From a virus (taxonomy: Duplodnaviria; Caudoviricetes): DNA of 64,000 nt. Below are positions 8,276-17,866 of the stretch, in pieces. The stretch is from positions 167,847-231,846 of the IMG/VR virus record IMGVR_UViG_3300028887_000070; one strand, given 5' to 3'. The notes under the pieces are model-generated. The model did not search any database. It was given only the letters and a program-made list of their open reading frames with translations, and had not been told where the DNA came from. Position 1 is the first letter of the stretch; every line of letters starts with the position of its first letter. The position numbers were made by a program, and so were the translations under genes.

Positions 8276-8520
8276 TGACACATGATATTATCTTAAGGAT
8301 CGCTAAGACGATCTGCTTCGTGATTGCTGGAACATGTATCTATATAGGGATGGATAACATGAAGAAAGCATTCCAGTGTAAGAATAATCCTCTGACAGAG
8401 AAGGAAAGACTTCATGGTTGGAGAATACTTATTACTATCTCTATATCGTTCTTCATAGCAGGATTCCTGCTGATAGTGTTGGGGTACTATCTTATAACAA
8501 GACTTGCTGGGACAGGTTAA
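8272..8520 (+). CDS. small membrane protein with two hydrophobic segments
   Basis: IILRIAKTICFVIAGTCIYIG and ILITISISFFIAGFLLIVLGYYLI. Confidence 0.7.
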   Translation: MMTHDIILRIAKTICFVIAGTCIYIGMDNMKKAFQCKNNPLTEKERLHGWRILITISISFFIAGFLLIVLGYYLITRLAGTG

Positions 8521-8573
8521 TCCTGTCTCGGCACTCTTGTGCCTCTAACACGCTTTGTTTTTTCTTAGCCATG

Positions 8574-8586
8574 TACATCTTAATAA
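8574..8586 (+). promoter_or_regulatory. late-type promoter TACA-N6-TAA
   Basis: Variant of the recurrent AACA-N6-TAA motif, directly upstream of an RBS. Confidence 0.55.
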
Positions 8587-8605
8587 GTATGAAAGGAGTG
8601 ATCTC

Positions 8606-9796
8606 ATGGCACTTGAATCGTATAGATACAAGGTGACTCTTAGCTACATCCACTTCGGATACGAGATAGCTATAGACCCACAACAGATACAGTATGTAGG
8701 TATAGATAGAACTTTCGATAGTAACAACATGCCTGTCATAGCAGTGAACTGTAACATCGAAAGAGATATACTGGACATGATGATACAGAACACTAATGAG
8801 AACATCGTAGAGTTAGGTATCTTCAGATACGATGCTTCTAATCAGAATGATAATATAACTAAGAAGTACTTCCATGATCGTTTCATCTACTTCTTAGGAG
8901 ATGACATCTCTCAGACTGCTGAGATAGACTATGGTAACGGACAAGAGCATACAAGAGAGAAGTATAAAGAGGTTACTATGTGGCTGATTCAACAGGATGC
9001 AGTGAACAACAACCGTAAGGTTATCAATGGTATCTTCAAGAATGCTACTACCAACTCTCTGATTCTTCAGATAACTGACTATGTAGGAAACACTGTACTT
9101 GAGCCAGTAGACTATGATAACAAGTACGACCAGATTATCATACCTCCTACAAACAGCATAGCTCAGTACATAGCATTTCTCAACAACAATCTGTCAGTTT
9201 TCTATGATACTGGATATAGGTTCTTCATAGACTTCGACATGACATACATAGTGTCTAGTAAGGGGAAGCCTATACAGACAAAGAACCAGAACATCTTCAC
9301 TGTCGAAATCAATGTGACGAATATCATACCTGATGAGGACTCTGAGTCTGGTATGGTAGTAGATACAAGGAATGGTAAGTATATCATGGATGTACCATTG
9401 GCAAACATCAACTTCACAAAAAATAATGTGACTAACAAGATGGTGAACAAGATCACCACCATCGATAGCAGCGGTAATGTGAAGGAGAAGTTGATAGAAG
9501 GTAATGATACTAATGTAACGACTATGATGAACAAGATAGTGAATCTGAGCAACAACGACCAGAACGCTATCAACAACATTACTGCAGATTACGAGTTGAA
9601 CAATGTATTCCTTAGTATCACCAAGAATGACCTTGATGCTAGTATCTTCACTATGAACAAGGAGTACATCATCACTATGGATGAAGACCATGAAGAGTAT
9701 AGCGGAAGATACCTTCTGAGTGCAGTAAAGCAGTTCTTCGTAAAGCAGAATGAGTACTTCGTAATGACAACGATACTGTTGTTCAAGAAGATATAA
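8606..9796 (+). CDS. putative virion tail/baseplate (hub-like) protein
   Basis: Late-type promoter; beta-rich; C-terminal YSGRYLLSAVKQFF resembles hub-protein C-termini; GAAAGGAG RBS. Confidence 0.45.
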   Translation: MALESYRYKVTLSYIHFGYEIAIDPQQIQYVGIDRTFDSNNMPVIAVNCNIERDILDMMIQNTNENIVELGIFRYDASNQNDNITKKYFHDRFIYFLGDDISQTAEIDYGNGQEHTREKYKEVTMWLIQQDAVNNNRKVINGIFKNATTNSLILQITDYVGNTVLEPVDYDNKYDQIIIPPTNSIAQYIAFLNNNLSVFYDTGYRFFIDFDMTYIVSSKGKPIQTKNQNIFTVEINVTNIIPDEDSESGMVVDTRNGKYIMDVPLANINFTKNNVTNKMVNKITTIDSSGNVKEKLIEGNDTNVTTMMNKIVNLSNNDQNAINNITADYELNNVFLSITKNDLDASIFTMNKEYIITMDEDHEEYSGRYLLSAVKQFFVKQNEYFVMTTILLFKKI

Positions 9797-9805
9797 GAAA
9801 TAAAA

Positions 9806-9828
9806 AAGAACCCCCTATGGGGGTTCTT
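9806..9828. terminator. bidirectional terminator
   Basis: AAGAACCCCC-tat-GGGGGTTCTT between convergent genes. Confidence 0.8.
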
Positions 9829-9841
9829 ACTTCTGACTGAA

Positions 9842-10162
9842 TCAGCACTTGCTGACAAGCCAGAAGTTTATTGTTGCACCTTCTGGGAGCGTTGTAGCTC
9901 CCTCAGGCAGTCTCGGCCCAGTATACTGAGCCACCAAAAGCGTCTCATCGGATGTGAGCTGTACGCTCATTCGATTTGGGTTTACCTCGATGCCAAGAAT
10001 GCCGCCTACAATGTTGGCGGTGTCATCATGGCCTATAGCTGATATTATATCATCAGCCTCTTTGATGAATGTTCGAGCAGTCTCTGTGGAGATCTGCTCG
10101 AAATTTACCTTTGCTGTACCAGACAGCATGTTTATCGAGAATGCATTTGTGATAATAATCAT
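9842..10162 (-). CDS. acrIII-1: DUF1874/STIV B116-like cyclic oligoadenylate ring nuclease (anti-CRISPR AcrIII-1), 106 aa
   Basis: NAFSINML, SAIGHDDTA (catalytic GH), NRMSVQL and RLPEG motifs typical of DUF1874; GAAAGGA RBS before ATG 10162. Confidence 0.85.
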   Translation of the reverse strand: MIIITNAFSINMLSGTAKVNFEQISTETARTFIKEADDIISAIGHDDTANIVGGILGIEVNPNRMSVQLTSDETLLVAQYTGPRLPEGATTLPEGATINFWLVSKC

Positions 10163-10316
10163 ATGACTATTCCTTTCATAGTTCCCGTTACCATATTCCT
10201 GGCCTTCCCCCAGGATCATAGTCATTGGCAACGACAAGTCAAGAACGTCAGCACTTTACTGAACTACTACCTTGACTCACTATAATGATATACAACTATT
10301 CGACTCTACTTTTACG
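10163..10316 (-). ncRNA. promoter plus two-domain structured 5' leader RNA, copy 2
   Basis: Collinear with 730-886; domains at 10236-10278 and 10185-10234; promoter TGTATATCAT at 10285-10294. Confidence 0.7.
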
Positions 10317-10323
10317 AAAGATA

Positions 10324-10348
10324 TCGGAGAGGGAACTTCCCTCTCCGA
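10324..10348 (-). terminator. terminator-like hairpin ending the head-protein operon
   Basis: TCGGAGAGGGAA-c-TTCCCTCTCCGA palindrome right after the stop of 10355-11803. Confidence 0.7.
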
Positions 10349-10354
10349 AAAGTT

Positions 10355-11803
10355 TTAGCTAGTAGCATTTGTATTCTGAGGCTTACTGTCAGTATTCTGA
10401 TCAGGAGCAGTTGTAGTGCCGATCCATGTTCTTACATGTGCTCTGATTACGTCGAAGTAGTCTCTACGAGTATCAGAGAGTGAGTTCAGAGCAGCGCCCA
10501 TACAGAGAGATCTAGTATTGCCCCATGCTCTTATCATTGAAAGAGCATAGTCTTCATACTTTGCAAGGTTCTCATCAGATACACCTTTCTCCTTCATATT
10601 AGCTGCTGTCTGTTTACTCTGACCTCCAGCAACGCCTTTCATATGATTGGAATCAGACTTAATATCCGAAGCTGTTTCTGATCCTTCTTTTCTGTTAGCT
10701 TTATTAGCTGTATCGAGAGACTTGTTGTCTTTCTGGCTATATGAAGAATCTCCAGCATTGATCTTCGAATCTGTATTCTTGCTATTTCCAGCATCAATCT
10801 GTACACCGTCTTCGTTTATAACTCTACCGTATACATATGAGTATGCTTCCTGCGTAGCTTCTGCTTCAGCCTTAGCATCTTTCAGTTCTTTACCAAGTTC
10901 TGAACTAGGATTATCGGTGGCTGCGTCTGCTTTTGCTTTTGTGACATCAGCAGAAGAAACACCTTTGAGGGTTTTGCTCACGGCATCGTAGCCCTTCTTA
11001 TATGCGGACTCGATGCCGCTCATTCCGTTATCAAAAGCATCCTTGATCTTCTTTAACTTCTCTACAGTAGCATCATACTTGTAGAGGAAGTTATACATAT
11101 GCTCCATATGAGCACCTTCGAGATCGGATCCAGAATACTCATCGATCTCTTCTCCGCCGTTAAGCCAGTTACGAATCCTACCAGCGAATCCAGCTATATC
11201 ATCAGGATCAACGAAGCTCTTTACATTGGTTATACCAATAGCTGTAGCAACTTGCGTTTGCTGAGATATTGTGAACGTATCTACTGCAGCATTGCCTGCT
11301 TTTGTAAGATCCCCTCCAGTAGGAGTGTTAGTCTTATCTGTACCAGCTATCTTACCAAGTTCAGCTTCTATCTTCTCAAGATCGCTAAGATCTGGAACTT
11401 TAGAGAACACATCTTTAACTTTGCTGACTAATGTGTCAAAGTTCTTCTGACCCTCGAAGTGATCCTGCATCTTGACAGATTTAAGAGTACACTTCTTCTC
11501 GAAGATTATATTCGCATACTGCTTAAGATAAGCAATGTTATCTCCTGCCCAAGCCTGAAGACTCTCGAGGAACTTCTGATAGATCTTTGCGAAGAAGGAC
11601 TTGATTCTAGCCCATACCTTCTTGAACTTGTCACCGAGTGCACCTTCATTGAAAATAGCCATCTCCTCGATAGCCTTTCTCTTATCAGTACCAGAGAGGA
11701 TTACACACTCGTTAACATATCTTGTCATGTCAGCCTGCTGAAGCTCAAGATCTAAGAGATAGTACTCGTTAGCTATTATATCAGTATATCTACTTTCATA
11801 CAT
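10355..11803 (-). CDS. internal head protein, paralog family member 4
   Basis: Propeptide ending FNE-G, then an amphipathic KFKKVWARIKSFFAKIYQKF helix shared with the three neighbours. Confidence 0.65.
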   Translation of the reverse strand: MYESRYTDIIANEYYLLDLELQQADMTRYVNECVILSGTDKRKAIEEMAIFNEGALGDKFKKVWARIKSFFAKIYQKFLESLQAWAGDNIAYLKQYANIIFEKKCTLKSVKMQDHFEGQKNFDTLVSKVKDVFSKVPDLSDLEKIEAELGKIAGTDKTNTPTGGDLTKAGNAAVDTFTISQQTQVATAIGITNVKSFVDPDDIAGFAGRIRNWLNGGEEIDEYSGSDLEGAHMEHMYNFLYKYDATVEKLKKIKDAFDNGMSGIESAYKKGYDAVSKTLKGVSSADVTKAKADAATDNPSSELGKELKDAKAEAEATQEAYSYVYGRVINEDGVQIDAGNSKNTDSKINAGDSSYSQKDNKSLDTANKANRKEGSETASDIKSDSNHMKGVAGGQSKQTAANMKEKGVSDENLAKYEDYALSMIRAWGNTRSLCMGAALNSLSDTRRDYFDVIRAHVRTWIGTTTAPDQNTDSKPQNTNATS

Positions 11804-11820
11804 AGTCTTATCCTCCCTTC

Positions 11821-13053
11821 TTATATAGTATCTGCTTTATGACCCTTGATCTTTGAGAGGGCCTTGTACAGAATAGCCTTATCCTGATTGAAGCAGTCCT
11901 TAGCAGCAGTCAGCTTAGCAGAGAATGCAATGCCGTGGATATTGCTCATCTGGTTTACCTGAGCAGCACGAGCTCTGAGGAATGACTCGATAAGTGCCTT
12001 CTGCTCAGCAGCAGTAGCTTTAGTCTTAGTACCATCAGGTCCATTTGCGAGAGTCTCTTCGTACTTTTTCTCGTCATCATATCCATCCATGCCGAGATGT
12101 GTCTTCTGAGCATCAACATATGAAGCATGAGAACCGCTGTAGTCTGTGATCTTGAATGAATCCTTAGACAGTTTGTATGACTTCTCGAAGTATCTCTCGA
12201 GAGCACCATACTCCTTGTCGATATCATTTCTTGTCTTCTCGACAGACTTCTTGAGCTTCTCATAACCATCGAATCTCATATAAGCAGCACTTACTTCAGA
12301 TGAAGTGATAGTAAACTTACTCTTATCTTTAGAGTCATCTCTGAACTTGAGGAAGCACTCTTCATCAAACTGACTTGCAGGGATATCATTCTGATCTCCA
12401 AGAACCTTACCTCTGAAAGTATCAAAGAAATCTTCTTTATTATCCTCGAAAGCATCATACTTACTCTTGAGTACATCGTAATTGAGTTTGCCACTACCGA
12501 ATGCTCCTGCAAGAGTATCGTTAGTACTATCCATATCAAGACCCAAAGTAGTGATTACAGGAACATTACCGCCATCATAAAGGTTGGTGAACTTATATCC
12601 CTCGAACTCGAACTCGTCTTCAGTTTTGAACTTGGAAAACTCATTCTTGTTCTTCTTAAGATATCCTTCAGCCTTGAACATACTGTTCATCTTAGCAATG
12701 AACTTGTTAAAGATCTTCTTGATCCAAGCAAGGAACTTCTTGATGATCTCTTTGACCTTGCCAAAGAAGTCACCAAAGCCTTCATGAATCACTTCAGGTG
12801 AGTCACAGCTTTCCATGATAGTCTTGTAAAGCTGCTTAGAAGCATCGAAGTATGAACGGTTATAGTCTGAGAGGAATGCATAACACTCAGACATATAGTC
12901 GTAAGAAGCTTCTGCTTCTGCAGTAGTCAGGTTGTCTATAGCTAAAGCACTTGAGAATGCATGCTCGTGAATAGTAGTGTCTCCAGAAGCCTCTGAATGG
13001 GATCTCTTAGGAGCACTAGACAGAGCAGCAAAGTCAACTTTGAAAAGTGACAT
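11821..13053 (-). CDS. internal head protein, paralog family member 3
   Basis: VIHE-G then KVKEIIKKFLAWIKKIFNKFIAKM; FEFEGYKFT block; late-type promoter. Confidence 0.65.
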   Translation of the reverse strand: MSLFKVDFAALSSAPKRSHSEASGDTTIHEHAFSSALAIDNLTTAEAEASYDYMSECYAFLSDYNRSYFDASKQLYKTIMESCDSPEVIHEGFGDFFGKVKEIIKKFLAWIKKIFNKFIAKMNSMFKAEGYLKKNKNEFSKFKTEDEFEFEGYKFTNLYDGGNVPVITTLGLDMDSTNDTLAGAFGSGKLNYDVLKSKYDAFEDNKEDFFDTFRGKVLGDQNDIPASQFDEECFLKFRDDSKDKSKFTITSSEVSAAYMRFDGYEKLKKSVEKTRNDIDKEYGALERYFEKSYKLSKDSFKITDYSGSHASYVDAQKTHLGMDGYDDEKKYEETLANGPDGTKTKATAAEQKALIESFLRARAAQVNQMSNIHGIAFSAKLTAAKDCFNQDKAILYKALSKIKGHKADTI

Positions 13054-13076
13054 AGACTTCTCTCCTTTCGTATGTA

Positions 13077-13089
13077 TTACTATAAAGTT
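13077..13089 (-). promoter_or_regulatory. late-type promoter AACT-N6-TAA
   Basis: Motif upstream of an RBS and downstream of terminator 13102-13127. Confidence 0.6.
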
Positions 13090-13101
13090 AAGACAAAGAA
13101 A

Positions 13102-13127
13102 TCGGGAGGGTCTATTGGCCCTCCCGA
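13102..13127 (-). terminator. intrinsic terminator
   Basis: TCGGGAGGGTC-tatt-GGCCCTCCCGA, T-rich tail on the minus strand. Confidence 0.75.
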
Positions 13128-13171
13128 CTCTATATGTGCTTGTGTATAATCGTGATGTAGATCAGAGCCGA

Positions 13172-14389
13172 TTACTTGAGAACGATGCTGTCGAAGTAGT
13201 TAGCTGTTTCAGCAACTCCCTCATAGTCATCATCGTAGTCATATGACTCGTTTGTCATCTTCTTACCGCCGCCGATAACCTTAACCATGATAGCCTTAGC
13301 CTGACGCTTTCTGTCAGTGATAGCCTGGAGGTAGATACCGTTAGCCTGTGTGAAGCAATTAGAAGCGAACTTGAGCTCATCCATAGCAGATACAACAAGT
13401 GCGAGAACATTTGAAAGGTTGTTTGAACCCTTTGTTTTCTCTGCACCGCTCTTGCCCTTTATGTCTTCACCAGACTGAGCCTTGCTGAGCTTCTTTTCAG
13501 CTGTCTCAAGCTTTCTGACTGTATCATTGTAACCCTTTGTGAAGTGATCACAAATTTTCTGAGCAGCCTTCTTGAACTTCTCAGAATCCTTTACATCTGA
13601 CACAATATCAGAAACAGTAAGATCCTTCTTTTCGATGGATTCCTTCTCTGATTCGCCGTTTCTGAAAGCTTCGAAGATTTCCTTAGAGAACTCTGAAGCT
13701 GTAAGAGGCTGATCAGCCACAACTTTAGTTGAAAGCTTATCAGTGATCTTATTAGCAACGAATCCACGGATAGCCTCTTCCTTGTCTTCCTTGTTATCTC
13801 TTATGGTATCGACAGCCTTCTTGAGATCAGCATCATCGGCATCAAGGATAGTATTTATGTCTGCATCGAGAGCACTCTGGATAAGATTATTGTTAGCAAC
13901 TGCTCTTTTAACTGCCTCGTCAGCAGCAGCAGATCTTTCGAGACCAACGTTATCAAGCTTTACAGTGAACTTATAACCCTTGAACTCGAAGTCGCTCTTA
14001 ACCTTGCTCCACTTGAGTGAGAATTCCTTCTGATACTTCTGTACGAATGAATTATCGCTTGAAGCCATAGAAGAAAGCTTAGCAATGAATGTATGAAGGA
14101 GCTGACGAATCTTCTCGATAAGCTTCTTGAAGAATTCCTTGATCTTGCTGAGCACACCAGACACACCGCTTGCCTCATAGATAACCTCTTCGCCGTTCTG
14201 AGCGAAGTAGTTTACCTCGTTAAGGCCGATAGCCTTCATGATAGAGATATAGTTCTGCTCGTTCTCTGCTACCATAGCAAGAGAGAGCTCTTCGTATGTA
14301 GCAGTCTCACCGCACTCTGCGAAGAGGTCTCTAGGAGTGAAGCTACCATCATCTACATATGAAGAATTGAAGTTAGAATAGATTCCCAT
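13172..14389 (-). CDS. internal head protein, paralog family member 2 (starts MGIYSN)
   Basis: AAGGAGG RBS before ATG 14389; VIYE-A then KIKEFFKKLIEKIRQLLHTFIAKL; FEFKGYKFT. Confidence 0.65.
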   Translation of the reverse strand: MGIYSNFNSSYVDDGSFTPRDLFAECGETATYEELSLAMVAENEQNYISIMKAIGLNEVNYFAQNGEEVIYEASGVSGVLSKIKEFFKKLIEKIRQLLHTFIAKLSSMASSDNSFVQKYQKEFSLKWSKVKSDFEFKGYKFTVKLDNVGLERSAAADEAVKRAVANNNLIQSALDADINTILDADDADLKKAVDTIRDNKEDKEEAIRGFVANKITDKLSTKVVADQPLTASEFSKEIFEAFRNGESEKESIEKKDLTVSDIVSDVKDSEKFKKAAQKICDHFTKGYNDTVRKLETAEKKLSKAQSGEDIKGKSGAEKTKGSNNLSNVLALVVSAMDELKFASNCFTQANGIYLQAITDRKRQAKAIMVKVIGGGKKMTNESYDYDDDYEGVAETANYFDSIVLK

Positions 14390-14408
14390 AATGTGTGTCC
14401 TCCTTTCC

Positions 14409-15674
14409 TTAGCATATAGCCTGGAGATCTGACAGAGTATCATACTCTACAGCCTCTCCGATTGCTGTGTAGTAATCATAAGACTCGTTCTTGTGGTCTA
14501 CAGAAGCGTAAGCAGCTGCAGAAGAGAATACACGACGAGCCTGTGTGATAGCGAACTTATAAGCGCCAAGACGAGCTGCAGTAAGCTTGTTGATTACAGC
14601 CTGCTCAGCGTTAGCATAACGCTGCCAGAATCCAGCAAGACGCTCAACTATCTCAATTGAATCTGCAGTTTTAGCCGTAGTACCAGCTGAGGTAGCTGTA
14701 TCACGTACAGTTGATGCGGAGCCTTTGAACTTATCTGATTCTTTACCACCGCCTACAACTGTCTTGTGGGGTTTATATTCATCAGGTGACTTTGTACCAG
14801 TCTTGCCGTTAAGTCTGTTGTTTGAGAGAGCCTTAGAAACGTTCTCAGCTTCCTTGTTGATCTGCTTGATGATCTTTTCGATAGTGCTCTCCATATTTGC
14901 GTTGCACTTCTTGATCTTCTCTTCGTTCTTTGTAGCATCCTTGAGAAGATCGCCGATGTAACTGTGAAGAATCTCACCAGAAGACCAGTCATCCTTAACT
15001 TCCTCATCGTCAAATACGATGTCCATGAACTCCTTACCGATATCATTGATATCGCCGCCGTTTATAGCGTTCTTGAGATCATCTGAGAGAGATGCAGATA
15101 CTACTGCGCTGTAGATATCATCCTGATCGATGTCTGAATCTTTCTTAACTATATCCGATACATTGATATCGCCTACTTTACCGCCAGTAGTCTGATTAAA
15201 CCAGTAGCAGTCACGATATTTGTAAGTACCCTTGTCGTTGATATAACCAACAACGTCAGCACCAGAGCCCTTGAAAGGTCTTACCTTTGCCTTGAAGTTC
15301 TTCCAGTTGCTGTTCTTTGAGATAACAGGGCCGTACTTCTTGTGAAGTGCTGCGCTGTCTGCGAATACGCCGCTGATCTTTGCGATGAATGATTTGAAGA
15401 TACCCTTGATCTTAGCGAGAAGCTTTGTGAAGATCTCCTTGAGCTTGCTCCAGATTTCCTTGGCACCTTCGTTGATAACTTCGTAACCCTCGTTTACAGC
15501 AGCGATCTCAGCCATGTCGCTGTGAATAGCTGACTCAAAGAGTGCGAAGTCGTTCTGATAACCTTCGATAAGAGCCATTGCACAACCAGTTACACAGTTG
15601 TATGACTCGTTAGCAGCTACATCTACGTTGTAGTCGCCTAAATTATCGTATCTAGTATTTGAATAGATACCCAT
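14409..15674 (-). CDS. internal head protein, paralog family member 1 (starts MGIYSN)
   Basis: VINE-G then KLKEIFTKLLAKIKGIFKSFIAKI; AGGAGG RBS. Confidence 0.65.
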   Translation of the reverse strand: MGIYSNTRYDNLGDYNVDVAANESYNCVTGCAMALIEGYQNDFALFESAIHSDMAEIAAVNEGYEVINEGAKEIWSKLKEIFTKLLAKIKGIFKSFIAKISGVFADSAALHKKYGPVISKNSNWKNFKAKVRPFKGSGADVVGYINDKGTYKYRDCYWFNQTTGGKVGDINVSDIVKKDSDIDQDDIYSAVVSASLSDDLKNAINGGDINDIGKEFMDIVFDDEEVKDDWSSGEILHSYIGDLLKDATKNEEKIKKCNANMESTIEKIIKQINKEAENVSKALSNNRLNGKTGTKSPDEYKPHKTVVGGGKESDKFKGSASTVRDTATSAGTTAKTADSIEIVERLAGFWQRYANAEQAVINKLTAARLGAYKFAITQARRVFSSAAAYASVDHKNESYDYYTAIGEAVEYDTLSDLQAIC

Positions 15675-15759
15675 AAATGGTTTCCTCCTTTGTATAGTAT
15701 TCTTTACCTAATGGTATATTAGTAAGGTCTCTATGGTCTTAATGATAAGACCGTAAGAT

Positions 15760-15772
15760 TTACTAATATGTT
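15760..15772 (-). promoter_or_regulatory. late-type promoter AACA-N6-TAA
   Basis: AACAtattagTAA. Confidence 0.65.
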
Positions 15773-15787
15773 GGTCTGCCCAGTCGC

Positions 15788-17851
15788 TTAGAACAGGGCA
15801 GATGAGGCGGAGTCAGGAAGTTCATCAAGAACTTCTTTGGTTTGGTACTTCTTGTTTTCCTTGGTAAGTTCTTTGGTTGCTTTGACTTCGGACTGCTTAA
15901 CTTCTATAGCGATGTGAGATGAAATCCTACGGAAGCGTTCAGCAATCTTCATCTGCTTTGTAGAGATGCTCTTCTTCTGCTCATTGTTGAGATCAGGACG
16001 AGAGTGCTCTACGTTATATGCATTTATCTGAAGCATGTCAGCCTGCATATCGAAGTATTCTGATATCCTTACTCTATTGTAGTAGAACAGGAATATCACT
16101 TCTCTGAGTATAGGCACAATAGCAAAGAGGATAGCAATCACACCGAGAGCTGATCCTGCTACTGTAAGCTCACCCATGAAGTTCTTAGAGTTGGACTTGA
16201 TTACATACTCCATAGCGTTTGTAACCTGTCCCTTATCGTAAGCCTGATTGAACTTCTCAAGAGTCTCAAAGACCATATGATCCTTAGTCTTAACAAGAGC
16301 AGACTTATCGATAGTAGCTTGGAATGTGTCTGTACCTGGAAGCTTTATATACTGTACACACATGGAGATGAGATATGATGTACTCTCTATAATGCTCAGG
16401 ACGATTGAGTTGTAGAACACGATTGGGAGTTCTACATTGAGGGCATATGCTCTCTTCCAGATCGATGTAGAATCGATGATGTTAGAGATAGCTGTCCTTA
16501 TAGTATCAACAGGCTTAGTGTCCTGCTTATACTCGAGAAGAAGATTCTTCATTGTGTCGAGAGAGTCCATAAGACGGAGATAGTTAGAGAGCTTAGTGAT
16601 ATCACCCTTAGTAGATGGTATCTCTCCAAAATCTACATCGTCAACCCTTTCAACTACATTATCGTATAGTTTTGAAGTTAAAGAGACAAGTACCTTAGTT
16701 TGGTCATCTTCATTAACTGCAAGGAGAATCTTACGTGTTTCGCGGTCATTGAGATCAAAGTACTCTGTGATCGCTTTGCTGTACTCAGGTGTTCTATACA
16801 CTGAGCGGAAGTCGAAGTCTTCCTTCTTAACTTTCTTGCTGATCTTCTGATACTCAGTATCGAGAGCTTTGTTGTAACCCTTCTTTATCTTAGTACCAGT
16901 ACGAGTAGTATCTATAGCATCGCCGACAATCTTGCCAGCAGCACCACCGATAGCACCGCCTACAGAAGCACCAACTGATCCACCAATCATGGCTCCACCA
17001 ACTGATCCTCCAGCAGTACCGAGTGCACCCATTACTGCTCCTGCAGGATGACGGATAGCATCTCTCGCATCTTCAGCAGACTGGTATACATATCTCTTAC
17101 CATGGAATACGACACCCTGGCCGAACTCCATAGTCTTCTCTTCACCCTTCTTTATAGGACGAAGGATTGCTTTGCCGACTTTGAGCATACCATTCTTCAG
17201 AAGAACAGGCTTGTCTGCTTCAGTGAGAACTATATTACCCTCTGTATCGAGAGCATGGAACTCTTCTGAAGTGTACTCTTTTCTGTCCTTCTTCTGTCCT
17301 CTCTTAGCGCCTTTATCAGCCCATCTACCGCCAAGAAGAACTGCACCAGTTACACCACCGATCTTCTCTCCAGCAGCACCACCAATAGTTCCGCCAATAG
17401 CAGTACCTAAAGCACCACCTATAACGCCACCACCGATAGCTCCAGCAAGAGCTTTACCTCCAGTGTTAGGACCGCTGATAAGGATATATTTATCCCCATC
17501 TACATCGATAATTACATCAGAGTTTGCTTTCATGAAGTCTTTATCTGATGTCTTCTTCTTAGAGAGTCTCTGGAATGTATAGCCGTCTTTAGTTATCATC
17601 TCAGCTTCAAGGAGTGAACCTTGAGTAGACTTACCTGTCTCTTCGTTAGTGATGGTGTAACCCTCTTTGGTTATATGGAGTGTTCTCTTGGACTTCTTAA
17701 GGTTTTCCTTAACGTTGTTCTTGAGTTTCTCCTTACCCTCACCGATCTTAGCACCGAGCTCGTCGATGTTGTCTGATACTGTTTGAGCAACAGACTTGTC
17801 TTTAGACTCATTGAGTACTCTAGCAAGCTGTTCGTTAGAATAGATAGCCAT
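15788..17851 (-). CDS. virion (head) protein with two glycine-zipper hydrophobic segments and a C-terminal TM-like segment
   Basis: MAIYSN start; LNE-S, LLE-A and LTE-A sites; GGAIGG/GAIGGGVIGG repeats; SALGVIAILFAIVPIL. Confidence 0.6.
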   Translation of the reverse strand: MAIYSNEQLARVLNESKDKSVAQTVSDNIDELGAKIGEGKEKLKNNVKENLKKSKRTLHITKEGYTITNEETGKSTQGSLLEAEMITKDGYTFQRLSKKKTSDKDFMKANSDVIIDVDGDKYILISGPNTGGKALAGAIGGGVIGGALGTAIGGTIGGAAGEKIGGVTGAVLLGGRWADKGAKRGQKKDRKEYTSEEFHALDTEGNIVLTEADKPVLLKNGMLKVGKAILRPIKKGEEKTMEFGQGVVFHGKRYVYQSAEDARDAIRHPAGAVMGALGTAGGSVGGAMIGGSVGASVGGAIGGAAGKIVGDAIDTTRTGTKIKKGYNKALDTEYQKISKKVKKEDFDFRSVYRTPEYSKAITEYFDLNDRETRKILLAVNEDDQTKVLVSLTSKLYDNVVERVDDVDFGEIPSTKGDITKLSNYLRLMDSLDTMKNLLLEYKQDTKPVDTIRTAISNIIDSTSIWKRAYALNVELPIVFYNSIVLSIIESTSYLISMCVQYIKLPGTDTFQATIDKSALVKTKDHMVFETLEKFNQAYDKGQVTNAMEYVIKSNSKNFMGELTVAGSALGVIAILFAIVPILREVIFLFYYNRVRISEYFDMQADMLQINAYNVEHSRPDLNNEQKKSISTKQMKIAERFRRISSHIAIEVKQSEVKATKELTKENKKYQTKEVLDELPDSASSALF

Positions 17852-17866
17852 ATGGATTACACCTCC

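Noticed and set aside
8272-8520. Holin
   Set aside because: Two hydrophobic segments only, at the end of a non-structural operon, with no adjacent endolysin.
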